Assembly (NCBI GenBank): GCA_965223795.1
Contig: CBDCXL010000002.1
Span: forward strand, 2,816,001 to 2,880,000
DNA length: 64,000 nucleotides
Reading direction: 5' to 3'
Origin: Nitrospinales bacterium
Lineage (GTDB): Bacteria; Nitrospinota; Nitrospinia; Nitrospinales; VA-1
Shown here: piece after piece, positions 28,440 through 38,365 of the stretch
Position numbering within the stretch: position 1 is the stretch's first letter
Layout of the letters: every line of letters begins with the position of its first letter
Position numbers and translations under genes: made by a program
Notes under the pieces: model-generated
The model's input: only the letters and a program-made list of their open reading frames with translations
The model's database searches: none
Told to the model about the DNA's origin: nothing

Positions 28440-29267
28440 ATGAAACCGCGATCGGTCTCCATCGAAAAGGCGTCCGGCGAGCCGGAACGCTTTTCCGTCG
28501 AAAAGCTCAGCCAGTCGCTCAAACACGCGGGCGCGTCCAAAAAGGCGGCGCGGAGGATCATCGAGGAAGTGCGGCGGCAGATCTACCCCGGCATGCCCAG
28601 CCGCAAAATCTTCCGGCTGGCGTTCAACCTGCTGCGCAAGGAATCGCGGCAGGTGGCGGCGCGCTACAGCCTGCGGCGCGCCATCATGAGCCTGGGGCCC
28701 AGCGGCTATCCGTTCGAAAAATTCATCGGCGCGCTGTTTTCCCACAGCGGTTATGAGACCAAGACCGGCGTGACCCTGCCCGGCGCCTGCGTGTCGCACG
28801 AAGTGGACGTGGTGGCCACCAACGCCGACCACCGGCTTTTGGTGGAGTGCAAGTACCACAACCGCGACGGCGTGAAATGCGACGTCAAGACCGCGATGTA
28901 CGTGTACGCACGCTCGCTCGACCTCAAAAACAACCTCGACGGCGAAACATTCTCCGAATTCTGGCTGGTCACCAACACCAAGTTCACCACCGACGCCACC
29001 GACTACGGCCGCTGCGTCGGCCTCAAGATGCTGAGCTGGACCTATCCCGAAGGCGACACCCTGCAGCACTGGATCGAGCGGCGGGAGGTGCATCCCATCA
29101 CCTGCCTCACCACGCTGAAGCGGCAGCAGAAAAAGGCGCTGCTCAAGAACAACGTGGTGCTCTGCCACGAACTGCTCGACAACCCGCGCCACCTGGAGGA
29201 AATCGGCGTCAAGCAGAATCAGACCCGCCGCATTCTCAAGGAAGTCGAAGGCGTGATGGAGATATGA
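28440..29267 (+). CDS. ATP-cone domain fused to Mrr-like PD-(D/E)xK endonuclease
   Basis: IEKASGEPERFSVEKL (ATP cone); GYPFEKF, HEVDVVA...LVECKYH, LVTNTKFT. Confidence 0.8.
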   Translation: MKPRSVSIEKASGEPERFSVEKLSQSLKHAGASKKAARRIIEEVRRQIYPGMPSRKIFRLAFNLLRKESRQVAARYSLRRAIMSLGPSGYPFEKFIGALFSHSGYETKTGVTLPGACVSHEVDVVATNADHRLLVECKYHNRDGVKCDVKTAMYVYARSLDLKNNLDGETFSEFWLVTNTKFTTDATDYGRCVGLKMLSWTYPEGDTLQHWIERREVHPITCLTTLKRQQKKALLKNNVVLCHELLDNPRHLEEIGVKQNQTRRILKEVEGVMEI

Positions 29268-29286
29268 ATTTCAGGGAAAAGAATTG

Positions 29287-29408
29287 GACGGGATGAACAG
29301 GATGAAGGCGGGATAAAATCAGAAAAACTTGGGTTCGCGCTAAGCCGCAAAGGCGCAAAGAAAAGCAAAGGCGATAGAACCGTAAAGACGCAGAGGACGC
29401 AAAGAAAA
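29287..29408 (+). repeat. Repeat motifs A, B and B2, left flank of AT-rich gene
   Basis: GACGGGATGAACAGGATGAA 29287; TCGCGCTAAGCCGCAAAGGCGCAAAG 29335; AACCGTAAAGACGCAGAGGACGCAAAG 29378-29404. Confidence 0.85.
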
Positions 29409-29452
29409 ACAGACAAAGGAAAGTTTTTCCTAAATAAGCAAACGAGGGAATT

Positions 29453-29968
29453 TTGAGCGCCAGCAATGAAAGATTGAAACTATTCTCTGTTCCATCTAGA
29501 AAAATGATTTTGATGTCTTGTTCTACATGTACTATGTATTGTTTTTATTGGATATATAAAAATTGGCAAAGTATCCTAAAATTTAAAAATACTCAATCCA
29601 CCCCTCTTAACAGAACATTGCTTTATCCTTTTTATAACTTCACTCTTTTTAATGAAATTAAATCTATAGCAAACAAAAATAATATAAACGTTTGGTGGAC
29701 CTCGCCATTAATCGCAATTTCATTTCTCATAATCCTAATTGGATTTTTTTTCCCCTACACATGGATGATTTCAATTTTTGCGGGGGTAATATTTTTGCCG
29801 GTAAATAATGTTTGTACGAGGATAAATGAAGTTAATGGGTTTGGAGAACGTTCTCAAGAGGGTTTTCATAAAATAGATTGGATCATTTTATTTTTAGGTG
29901 GAATAAATGTAGTAGCGGCAGTTATTAAAACCATTCGACTTTCTGGAGTTTTACCTGCTTTAATCTAA
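29453..29968 (+). CDS. AT-rich hypothetical membrane protein (DUF4234-like)
   Basis: Y.FYWIYKNW motif, several TMs, strongly AT-rich. Confidence 0.65.
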   Translation: MSASNERLKLFSVPSRKMILMSCSTCTMYCFYWIYKNWQSILKFKNTQSTPLNRTLLYPFYNFTLFNEIKSIANKNNINVWWTSPLIAISFLIILIGFFFPYTWMISIFAGVIFLPVNNVCTRINEVNGFGERSQEGFHKIDWIILFLGGINVVAAVIKTIRLSGVLPALI

Positions 29969-30028
29969 AGTTATGTTGACAGAGGGTTTCCCGGTTAGGA
30001 ATTCACTTGCACTAAACGGAAATTTTCA

Positions 30029-30228
30029 TTCCCCCTCACCCAGCCCTCTCCCTCCAGGGGAGAGGGTTTGTTTTTATCTACCAATTTCGGTAATCGCTAA
30101 AGAAACATATTATCACAGAGTCTCACCATTCTTCCTCTCCCCCTCTGGGGGGAGAGGATTGAGGTGAGGGGGGCTTTGCGTCCTTTGCGTCTTTGCGGTT
30201 ATCCTATTTTTTTTCTGTTCATCCTGTC
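30029..30228. repeat. Motif C pair plus inverted motifs B2 and A, right flank of AT-rich gene
   Basis: C' 30029-30066, C 30133-30173, B2' 30174-30200 (25/27 match to the reverse complement of 29378-29404), A' 30215-30228. Confidence 0.85.
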
Positions 30229-31220
30229 TGATTCTTTCCTTCCAGCAATTCCTCGATCGCGGTGGCGACGCGGTGGATGCCGCGGCCGTCGATGCACTGT
30301 TTCCCCTTCCGGCTCAGGGTTTCCCGTTCTTCCCGTTTCAGTTTGAGCAGCTCCGGGATTTTTCCGGGGTCGAAGCTGTCGGCCCGTCCGAGGTTGAGGC
30401 AGGCGCCTTTTGCGGCGAGGCCGCGGGCTTTGTCCTCCTGGTGCGGCACCTGGCTGATGGCGAACGCCGGGGTGCCGCAGGCCAGGGCTTCGTGCAGGGT
30501 GACGCCGCCGGCGCAAAAGATCGCGTCGTGCGCGTGAATCAGCTCCGCCATTTTGTCGGTGCCTGGCTCAATGTGAAAGCGGGGCCGGGCGGCGGTGGCG
30601 GTTTCCAGGGCCTCCCGGTCTTTGTATCCCGGTCCGGCGAGGAAGGTGACGGCGAGATCCTTTCCCGCTTGCGACAGAATTTCCGCCAGTCGGACAGTGA
30701 GGTGTTTGGGATCGGTGCCGCCCATGCTGACGAGCAGTGTTTCGATTTTCTCTGGAAAGATTTTTTCCTTCTGGTTGAACTCGGCGAACTCGGGCGCGAG
30801 GACGCTGTAGGGCAGGCCGAACAGGGTCTTCACGCCGGGTTCGACCTTCGCGTTCTCCGCTTCCTCCAGATTGCAGTCGATCAAAAGATCCACTTTGTTC
30901 CTGCCGCCCTTGAGGTCCTCGAAAGTCACGATCTTGTCCGCGTGCGCGCGCAGGCCGGTGATGAACGCCGCATCGGTGTCCTTCATGTCGAGGATGACGC
31001 CATCGAAACGCGCGCCCTCCGGCAGACCGGTCTCGGCCTGCACGGTGTGGACGGAAAACCCCGCGAGTTCCAGCAGCGTTTTGGAGGGTACGTGCGGCGG
31101 GATGAAAAATGCCACGTTCCAGCCTTTGCCGCGCAGCACACCCGCCAGGTGGCGCTGGCGCAGCACGTGGCCCATGCCCCAGGCGGTGGAGGCGTTGCAG
31201 CGGACGGCGATGTCAGGCAT
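30219..31220 (-). CDS. PseG/SpsG-like GT-B fold protein (nucleotide-sugar hydrolase/glycosyltransferase)
   Basis: GMGHVLR, SMGGTDP, AGGVTLHE, IDGRG. Confidence 0.8.
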   Translation of the reverse strand: MPDIAVRCNASTAWGMGHVLRQRHLAGVLRGKGWNVAFFIPPHVPSKTLLELAGFSVHTVQAETGLPEGARFDGVILDMKDTDAAFITGLRAHADKIVTFEDLKGGRNKVDLLIDCNLEEAENAKVEPGVKTLFGLPYSVLAPEFAEFNQKEKIFPEKIETLLVSMGGTDPKHLTVRLAEILSQAGKDLAVTFLAGPGYKDREALETATAARPRFHIEPGTDKMAELIHAHDAIFCAGGVTLHEALACGTPAFAISQVPHQEDKARGLAAKGACLNLGRADSFDPGKIPELLKLKREERETLSRKGKQCIDGRGIHRVATAIEELLEGKNQTG

Positions 31221-32178
31221 GCGGCGTCAGGGTTTCGCGGCTTTCGGCGGCGTTGATCTTCGCCAGAATTTCACGGTCGGAATATTTGACGGCGGCTTTT
31301 TCCCGCTTGCGTCCCTTGAGCGCTCTGGGCAGACGGCCAAGCGCCTTGAAGAAAGCGATCCAGAAGCGGGATTTGAAGCGCAACAGGTCGCGCAGCAGAA
31401 ACGCCGGGATGAAGATGAGAAATTCCAGCGTGTAGTCGGGATCAAGAATGTTCTTCCAGACGAACAGGTAGTTGTTGCGGGCGGAGATGAGACCGATCTG
31501 GCGGCGTTTTTCCTGGCGGGTGATGGTGGACTGCACCTTGTGGTAGGCGATGGAAGCCGGTTCGTAGACCACGCGCCAGCCGCGTTTCTGCGCCCGGTAG
31601 GACAGGTCGATCTCCTCGTAATACAAGGGGTGGTAAAGCGTGTCGAAGCCACCCAGTTCCAGATAGCGCCGCTTTTCCACCATGAACGCGCCGCCGCAGG
31701 CGAACAGGGTCTGGCTGGTGTCGTTCGGCGCTTTCTCATACAGGTGGAAGTGGCCTTTGCGGAAATAGCCGCCGCGGTTGCCGTAGAGAAAGGTGGTTTC
31801 GTCGAAGGCGTAGATTTTGCCGCTGGCCGCGAACACCTCGCCCGCTTGATCGAAATGCCGCGCGAGATGAAACAGCGCTTCCTCGTGCAGCTTGATGTCG
31901 TTGTTCATCGGCATGACGACGGGCGAATCCGCGAGCTTCACGGCGTGGTTGTTGGCGCCCTGAAAGCCGAGGTTGCGCGGCGTCTTTTCGCGGCGGACGC
32001 CGGGGAACTCGCGCTGCAAAACCTCCAGGCTGTCGTCCGCGCTGCAGTCGTCGATCACCATCACCTCGTAGTTGCGGGCGCGGTCGTGCGCCACCGCCGC
32101 GAGGACGGAAGGCAGGCATTCTTTCAACAGTTCGCGTCCGTTCCAGTTGGTGATGATGAGGGTGATGTCCGGTCTCAT
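31213..32178 (-). CDS. Family 2 glycosyltransferase
   Basis: NWNG, IDDCSAD, NLGF..ANN, MNND, GGFD, YYEEIDL..RA. Confidence 0.9.
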   Translation of the reverse strand: MRPDITLIITNWNGRELLKECLPSVLAAVAHDRARNYEVMVIDDCSADDSLEVLQREFPGVRREKTPRNLGFQGANNHAVKLADSPVVMPMNNDIKLHEEALFHLARHFDQAGEVFAASGKIYAFDETTFLYGNRGGYFRKGHFHLYEKAPNDTSQTLFACGGAFMVEKRRYLELGGFDTLYHPLYYEEIDLSYRAQKRGWRVVYEPASIAYHKVQSTITRQEKRRQIGLISARNNYLFVWKNILDPDYTLEFLIFIPAFLLRDLLRFKSRFWIAFFKALGRLPRALKGRKREKAAVKYSDREILAKINAAESRETLTPHA

Positions 32179-33245
32179 AACCCGGTCAGCATGCGGTCGA
32201 TGGTGTCCACCACCTCCACGTCGCCGTCCAGGCGCACCTTGCCTTTCATGGGGATCGCTTTGGCGGTGTCGATTTCCTCGCGCCAGTCGCAGCCGTAAAA
32301 TTTGTCGGAATCGAAGATCAGCCCGACGCGGTTGTCGTACAGGAACCGCTTCATCACTTCGAATTCGTAAAAATGCTTGCGCGAGCAGGAGAGCACGGGC
32401 TTATCGTGCGCGAACGCCGAAGCCAGGGTGGAGTAGCCCGCCTTGGTGAGGACGATGTCGGATGAGGCGATCAGGTCCTGGTATAAAAAGCGGTCGGTGA
32501 GCACGTGCAGGTTGGGGATGTTTCTGGGCAGCGGATCGCGGGTGAGGAACACGCAGTCGTCGAGTTTTTTCAGGTTTTTCCAGTCCAGATTCTGTGCGCC
32601 GCTGTCCCCGAGATAAATAAAGACGAGCGTCTTATGCTTGAGCGAGGTGGAAAAGGCTTCCTCAAGCTCGTGCCGGCGGTCCTTGCCCTTGCGGGATATG
32701 AAACCGACCTCCTGCCGGTTTTCGATCAGCGGCGTGTCGATGTGGCATTGCGGCAGGATCTGAATCGTCGCCTGCGCGTATTCCTCACGCAGCGCCTTGA
32801 TGAGCGGTTTCCACTTTTCCGCCTGCGGCAGGCGCGAGTGGATGTCGTACCAGGTGAAATTGGCGATCAACAGCGTGGGAATGCCCAGCGCGCGCCCGGC
32901 TTTCAACGGGGCGCTGGCGATGTCGGTGACGATCAGGTCGATGCGGTTGTCCTCAAGCCAGCGCGATTCGGCGTCGATCCTCTGATCCGAGCATTTGAAA
33001 AACCGTTCCAGCGCCTGGAAGGTTTGCGCCACGTCGATGCGGATGAAATCCTGCTGGATGCAGCCCACATCGATCGGTTCGGCGACGTGCTCGTAGCCCC
33101 CCTTCAGGTAGATGTCGAAGTATTCGGAGGGGATTTCGGACTTGATGCAGACGCGGTACCGGGCGAGCAGTTTTTCGAGGATCACCGTGGAGCGGGCCGC
33201 GTGCCCGTATCCGTGCGCACTTATATAATAAGCGATGCGTTTGAT
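32175..33245 (-). CDS. GT-B fold glycosyltransferase-like protein; probable non-canonical ATC start
   Basis: Conserved-looking IAYYISAHGYGHAAR lies upstream of the first GTG; TKAGYST motif. Confidence 0.75.
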   Translation of the reverse strand: MKRIAYYISAHGYGHAARSTVILEKLLARYRVCIKSEIPSEYFDIYLKGGYEHVAEPIDVGCIQQDFIRIDVAQTFQALERFFKCSDQRIDAESRWLEDNRIDLIVTDIASAPLKAGRALGIPTLLIANFTWYDIHSRLPQAEKWKPLIKALREEYAQATIQILPQCHIDTPLIENRQEVGFISRKGKDRRHELEEAFSTSLKHKTLVFIYLGDSGAQNLDWKNLKKLDDCVFLTRDPLPRNIPNLHVLTDRFLYQDLIASSDIVLTKAGYSTLASAFAHDKPVLSCSRKHFYEFEVMKRFLYDNRVGLIFDSDKFYGCDWREEIDTAKAIPMKGKVRLDGDVEVVDTIDRMLTGL

Positions 33246-33302
33246 GGTGTTTCCTGATGAAGGGATCCGAGGCGGGACGGGGACGTCCGGGGAGCCTCAG
33301 GA

Positions 33303-33950
33303 TTATTTGGATTCCGGTTTGACGGCTTTGTACTCGAACTGACACATCTGTCCCAGTTTGCGGAACAGGTTGGTGAGCTTCAGGTTCACGTAGTCCTGGC
33401 GCGCATTCCAGGGAATCTGGTCGAACATGCAGGCGGTCTCGATGTAGTCGGTGCGGCCGAAGCGGATGAAGAACTCAGCGAACCAGCATTTTTTCATTTT
33501 GTAGTGCCACTGCTTCTCGTCGACTTTTTTGTGCTCCAGCAGAAAATTCCGCCAGGTGTAGTGCTCATCGACGATCGGCTGCTGGTTCTCCACGAACGCC
33601 TTGAACGGATTGTCCGACGCACGCTCCGCCTCCACCATCTTGTCCCGTTCCGGTTTCTGCCAGGCCGTGAGTGCCGCGATGATGTGCTCGCGCGCCTTGT
33701 CCACGCGGATGTTGTAATCGTCCAGCAGGTTGTGGCAGGCGTACATGAAGATCCCGACGGTGGTCAGGTACTGCTCCTCGGGGGAAAGCGTGTCGCCGTT
33801 TTCGTATTTCCACAGCTCGACGAAGCGGGTGCGGAACAGGTTTTTGTCGATGTCCGCGTCCGCGACCTGCAAATGTTCGAGGATGGGCTCGAATCGCGCT
33901 AAGATTTCAGAGTCCTGGGCGGTTTCGGTGGTTTCGGTCTTTTCGTTCAT
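33303..33950 (-). CDS. Hypothetical protein with ATC-hydrolase/V4R-like Cys-containing C-terminal domain
   Basis: KCWFAEFF..G...C..D....CQFEY pattern. Confidence 0.55.
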   Translation of the reverse strand: MNEKTETTETAQDSEILARFEPILEHLQVADADIDKNLFRTRFVELWKYENGDTLSPEEQYLTTVGIFMYACHNLLDDYNIRVDKAREHIIAALTAWQKPERDKMVEAERASDNPFKAFVENQQPIVDEHYTWRNFLLEHKKVDEKQWHYKMKKCWFAEFFIRFGRTDYIETACMFDQIPWNARQDYVNLKLTNLFRKLGQMCQFEYKAVKPESK

Positions 33951-34217
33951 GGTCGGGATGCGTGTTTGGAAGAAGCGGCGTAACGTGTTTAAAAAGTTTT
34001 ATTTCAAAGATTTTATTTTTTAAAATAGCATATCCCCAATTTGCGGATCAAGCACAATAGCGGCGCGCCGGGCTTCGGAAACTCCCCGCATGTCCTTGAA
34101 AATAGGGCCTGATTGGGTGCTTTCGAATCCATTTCGAGCAAAATCGATCTTATTCACTCCGGGACACAGCAGGAATCACGCGCAGCGAAACCCGCGCACG
34201 ATGAGAATATCCGAGCG

Positions 34218-35330
34218 ATGAAGCAGAATCCATACGATGTGGTGGTGATCGGGGCCGGTGTGATCGGCCACAGCACGGCGTTCCGGCTCAAGCGGAGCCA
34301 GCCCAAGCTGACGGTCGCGGTGCTGGGCGATCCGGTGAACTCGCTCATGGCCTCCAGGGCGGCGGCCGGGATGCTGGCCCCGTTCGGTGAATGCGACCGG
34401 GCGGACCGGTTTTTCGACTTCTGCCGCGCATCGCTGGATAAATTCCCCGCCTTCATCGAGGAGCTGTGTTCGGTGAGCGGAACCGCCGTGCACCTTTCGA
34501 TGAAAGGTTCGCTCATGCCTTCCTTCATGTTCGAGGGGGTCTGGGAGGAACGGAAACGGTTTTTCAGGGAGCAGGGCATTCCGCACGAGGTGTGGGGGCC
34601 CGAAACCGTGCGGGCGCGGGCGCCGCACCTTTCGGAACAATGCGGCGAGGTGCTGTGGGTGGGCGAAGGCCAGGTGAACAACCGGCAGATGCACGACGCC
34701 TTGGCCCAGGCTGCGGTACGGATGGGCATCGAAGTGCTCGCAAGCCCGGTGACCGGCTTCCAAAAAAACGGCTCCAGCCTGGAGAGCGTGTGCACCGATG
34801 CGGGAGAGGTTGCGGGGCGGGAATTTCTGCTGGCGTCCGGCAGCTGGTCCAAAGAACTGGGCGACATCCTCGGGGTGTCGATGCCGGTCAAGCCCATCAA
34901 AGGGCAGATGTGCCGGGTGAAGGCCGAAGAGGACCGGCTGGAATACACGGTGCACGGTCTTTTGACCTACATCGCGCCCTGGCGCGAGGGACACGGGTTC
35001 GTGCTGGGCTCGACGATGGAGGACCGCGGATTCGACCCCGCTGTGGAGGCGGACGTGATCCAGAGACTGATCGACAACGCGGCGGCGATCCTGCCCTGTC
35101 TCAAGGACGCGCCGCTGATCGAGTCCTGGACAGGGCTCCGGCCCGCCGCCGAAGACCTGATGCCGGTGATGGGGAAGAGCGCGCGCTATTCGAATCTGTA
35201 TTACTCGACCGGGCATTTCAGAAACGGAATTCTGCAGACCCCCAATCAGGCGGACTACATGGCCGGGATCATTCTCGGCAGCCTGAAAGAGGAGATCCCC
35301 GAGTTTTCTCCGGGACGCTTTGACCTTTGA
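34218..35330 (+). CDS. thiO: Glycine oxidase ThiO
   Basis: VIGAGVIG, ASRAAAGMLAP, PIKGQ, WTGLRP, GHFRNGIL; start at in-frame ATG 34218. Confidence 0.85.
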   Translation: MKQNPYDVVVIGAGVIGHSTAFRLKRSQPKLTVAVLGDPVNSLMASRAAAGMLAPFGECDRADRFFDFCRASLDKFPAFIEELCSVSGTAVHLSMKGSLMPSFMFEGVWEERKRFFREQGIPHEVWGPETVRARAPHLSEQCGEVLWVGEGQVNNRQMHDALAQAAVRMGIEVLASPVTGFQKNGSSLESVCTDAGEVAGREFLLASGSWSKELGDILGVSMPVKPIKGQMCRVKAEEDRLEYTVHGLLTYIAPWREGHGFVLGSTMEDRGFDPAVEADVIQRLIDNAAAILPCLKDAPLIESWTGLRPAAEDLMPVMGKSARYSNLYYSTGHFRNGILQTPNQADYMAGIILGSLKEEIPEFSPGRFDL

Positions 35331-35352
35331 CGGAAATGGAAACGCGGCGGCG

Positions 35353-36714
35353 ATGACGATGGCCTTGAAAACGGATACGGACCTGGTGCGGGATTTCCAC
35401 ACGGTGTGGCATCCCTGCACACAGATGAAGGACCATGAAACCACGCCGCCGCTGCTCATCGAGCGCGCGGAAGGGGTGTATCTGTACGACCGGGACGGCA
35501 AGGCCTACCTCGATGTGATCGCCTCCTGGTGGGTGAACCTGTTCGGCCACAACCACCCGCGCCTCAACGCCGCGATCGAGACCCAGCTCAAAAAGGTGGC
35601 GCACGTGATGTTCGCGGGCCTGACGCACAAGCCCGCGATCGATCTTGCGGCGCGGCTGGTGGAGCTTTCGCCGCCCAACCTGGGCAAGGTGTTCTTCTCG
35701 GACAACGGCTCCACCGCCGTCGAGGTGGCGCTCAAGATGAGCCTGCAGTACTGGCTGCAGACCGGGCAGCCTGAGCGCAAGCGTTTCGTGTATCTCAAGG
35801 GCGGATATCACGGCGAAACGCTGGGCGCGCTCTCGGTGTGCGGGCTCAACCTGTTCCGGGAAAAATTCGAGGCGGTGCTCACGCAGCACATCGAGGTGGA
35901 AGGGCCGGACTGCTTCCGTTGCCCGTACGGGCTCAAGCCGGAAAGCTGCGACGCGGAATGCTTCGAGCCGATGGAAAAAACGCTTGCGGAAAAGCACCGC
36001 TCCATCGCCGCGGTGATCGTCGAACCGCTGGTTCAGGGCGCGGCGGGGATGAAGATGTATCCGCCGCGTTATCTTAAAAAGCTCACCGCCGCCTGCGACG
36101 CCTACGGCGTGCACAGCATTTTCGATGAGATCGCCGTCGGCTTCGGGCGTACGGGCGGGCTGTTCGTGTGCGGAGAGCTGGATCTCAAGCCGACGTTTCT
36201 CTGCCTTTCAAAAGGGATCACCTCCGGCTACCTGCCGCTGGCGGCGACGCTCACGGAAGATGAAATCCACGCGGCGTTTTTCGACGATTTCAAGACGATG
36301 AAGCTGTTCATCCACAGTCACAGCTATTCCGCCAACCCCCTGGCTTCGGCCTGTGCCAACGAAACACTGGCGCTGCTGACGGAAGACGGTTTCTGGCCGG
36401 GCCTTGAGCCCAGGATCCGGGCGCTTGCCGAATGCGGCCGCGTGTTCGAGGGGATGCCGCATGTGGGTGAATTCCGGCAGACCGGAATGATCGCGGCGGT
36501 GGAGCTGGTGCGCGATAAAGCCACCAAAAAACCGTTCGCCTTTGAAGAGCGCGTGGGGTATCGAATCTATCTGGAAGGGCTCAAGCGCGGCGTGTTCATG
36601 CGTCCTTTGGGAAACGTGATCTATTTCATTCCGCCGCTCACGATTACGGTTGAACAAATCCGGTTCATGATCGATACTGCCCGCGACTGCATCCGCGCCG
36701 TGCTGGAGAGGTGA
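35353..36714 (+). CDS. bioA: Adenosylmethionine-8-amino-7-oxononanoate aminotransferase
   Basis: WHPCTQM, SWWVNLFGH, DNGSTAVEVALKM, YHGET, DEIAVGFGRTG, SKG; start approximate. Confidence 0.95.
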   Translation: MTMALKTDTDLVRDFHTVWHPCTQMKDHETTPPLLIERAEGVYLYDRDGKAYLDVIASWWVNLFGHNHPRLNAAIETQLKKVAHVMFAGLTHKPAIDLAARLVELSPPNLGKVFFSDNGSTAVEVALKMSLQYWLQTGQPERKRFVYLKGGYHGETLGALSVCGLNLFREKFEAVLTQHIEVEGPDCFRCPYGLKPESCDAECFEPMEKTLAEKHRSIAAVIVEPLVQGAAGMKMYPPRYLKKLTAACDAYGVHSIFDEIAVGFGRTGGLFVCGELDLKPTFLCLSKGITSGYLPLAATLTEDEIHAAFFDDFKTMKLFIHSHSYSANPLASACANETLALLTEDGFWPGLEPRIRALAECGRVFEGMPHVGEFRQTGMIAAVELVRDKATKKPFAFEERVGYRIYLEGLKRGVFMRPLGNVIYFIPPLTITVEQIRFMIDTARDCIRAVLER

Positions 36715-36717
36715 CCC

Positions 36718-37086
36718 ATGTATGAAGTGAAGGTGAACACGAAATTTTCCGCGGCCCACCAGCTCCGCGGCTACGACGGCAAGTACGAAAACCTGCACGG
36801 CCACAACTGGGGCGCGACGGTGATCGTGGAAGCCGAATCGCTCGATTCCATCGGCGTCGGCATCGATTTCATCGTGCTCAAGGAAAAGGTGGAAACGATT
36901 CTCGCCAAACTGGATTACAAGAACATCAATGAAATCGCCCCGTTCGACACGCAGAACCCGTCTGCGGAAAACATCGCGCGCTGGGTGTTTGAGCAGTTGA
37001 GCGCCGACATCAATTCCGATCACCGGCGCGTCAAGCGGGTGGAGATCCGCGAGATGGACGAATGCGGCGCGGCCTACTACGAGTGA
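36718..37086 (+). CDS. queD: 6-carboxytetrahydropterin synthase
   Basis: FSAAH, LHGHNW, NPSAENIA. Confidence 0.88.
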   Translation: MYEVKVNTKFSAAHQLRGYDGKYENLHGHNWGATVIVEAESLDSIGVGIDFIVLKEKVETILAKLDYKNINEIAPFDTQNPSAENIARWVFEQLSADINSDHRRVKRVEIREMDECGAAYYE

Positions 37087-37141
37087 TCCCCGCGCTTCGA
37101 TGCGCCGCGCATCCTTCCTTACATATCACTCACACAGCCGT

Positions 37142-38236
37142 TCAGTTCAAGGGAAAGGTCATGACGATGCCGCCCATGACGTCGTTGAGCTTGAAGTCCC
37201 GTTTCGGGCTTTTGGGATGCTTGTTGTGGCAGCTCACGCAGGCCTGGGTGATGGCGAAATCCGGATACACCGCCTGAAAGTAGGTCTTGCCGCCCACCGT
37301 GCGGTGGTCGTGGAACGGGCGCGTGGGATGGCGGATGACGTATTTCAGTCCATTGCGCTCGAATTCATTGGCCGGGCCGTTGTGCTTGTTGATGGGCCAG
37401 GAGCTGATGAGCTTGAAATCCAGGTCGATGTCCTTGTTGAGAATGAGGTCGGACGCGTTGAGCAGAAACTGCGCCGGCAGAAGCAGCGCGTTGTCCTCCC
37501 ACCAGTTTTCCGAGGCGAAGACGATGTTTTTTTCCTGCAGGCGGTTGACGATGACTTCCGAATAGACCTTGCGGTCCGAATCCAGAACCGAATGGATGTA
37601 GTTCGCCACCACTTCCGGAGGGATGAGGATCTCCGATTCATCCTGGATGTCTTTGGTGTTCTCAACCGGCATGGTGATCACAATGCCGCCCATGACGTCG
37701 TTGAGCTTGAAATCCTTTTTGGAGCTTTGCGGGTGGTTGTTGTGGCATTTGACACAGGCCTTGGTGACCGCCTTGTCCGGATAAAGAGCCTTGAAGAACG
37801 GCTTGCCCTGGATGACGACCGTCTTTGCGTAGGGCTCATCGGGGGTTTTCGCCACTTCCTCAAGCCCCTTTTTTTCAAACTGGGTGTGGGGGCCGTTTTC
37901 GGGATTGATCGGCCAGAGACTCAACAGCCGGTAGTTCATCCCCACTTCGCGGGCGTTGGAGGTCTGCGAAGACAATAGAAGAAACTGGGCGGGCAGCGGC
38001 AGGGTGTTTTCTTTATCCCAGTGCTCGGTGGCTTTCAGGTCGATGGTCACGCCCATGCGCTCGACGATGACTTCGGAGTAGATGGTCCTTCCCGCCTCGA
38101 TGACGGAATGGATGTAATCCGCGGCCACCCGCGCGGGGATGCCGTTTTTTTCCTCAGAGGCGAAAAGCGTGTGCGGCAGGCAGGTCAGGGTGAACAGCGT
38201 GAACAGCCAGGCCGAGATCCAAGATCGTGTGCGCAT
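37142..38236 (-). CDS. Exported diheme c-type cytochrome with tandem DUF3365/Tll0287-like domains
   Basis: Signal peptide; two LPAQF..WPIN..NGP..FE..CxxCH..DVMGGIV repeats. Confidence 0.85.
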   Translation of the reverse strand: MRTRSWISAWLFTLFTLTCLPHTLFASEEKNGIPARVAADYIHSVIEAGRTIYSEVIVERMGVTIDLKATEHWDKENTLPLPAQFLLLSSQTSNAREVGMNYRLLSLWPINPENGPHTQFEKKGLEEVAKTPDEPYAKTVVIQGKPFFKALYPDKAVTKACVKCHNNHPQSSKKDFKLNDVMGGIVITMPVENTKDIQDESEILIPPEVVANYIHSVLDSDRKVYSEVIVNRLQEKNIVFASENWWEDNALLLPAQFLLNASDLILNKDIDLDFKLISSWPINKHNGPANEFERNGLKYVIRHPTRPFHDHRTVGGKTYFQAVYPDFAITQACVSCHNKHPKSPKRDFKLNDVMGGIVMTFPLN

Positions 38237-38365
38237 GGTTTTTCCAGATCGATGTTTGTCTTGAGAGCTTCGGGCCGCAAACGCGGACGGAGCCGCTTTG
38301 AGTGAACGGGGGCCTCCCTGCCGGTTGGCCCCATCAATATTTATCATGAATTGCCGGTGTGCGGC

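Noticed and set aside
35353..36714. BioA as the missing PLP enzyme (SPT) for the sphingolipid cluster
   Set aside because: It is a class III aminotransferase with BioA motifs, not an alpha-oxoamine synthase, and lies 13 kb away.
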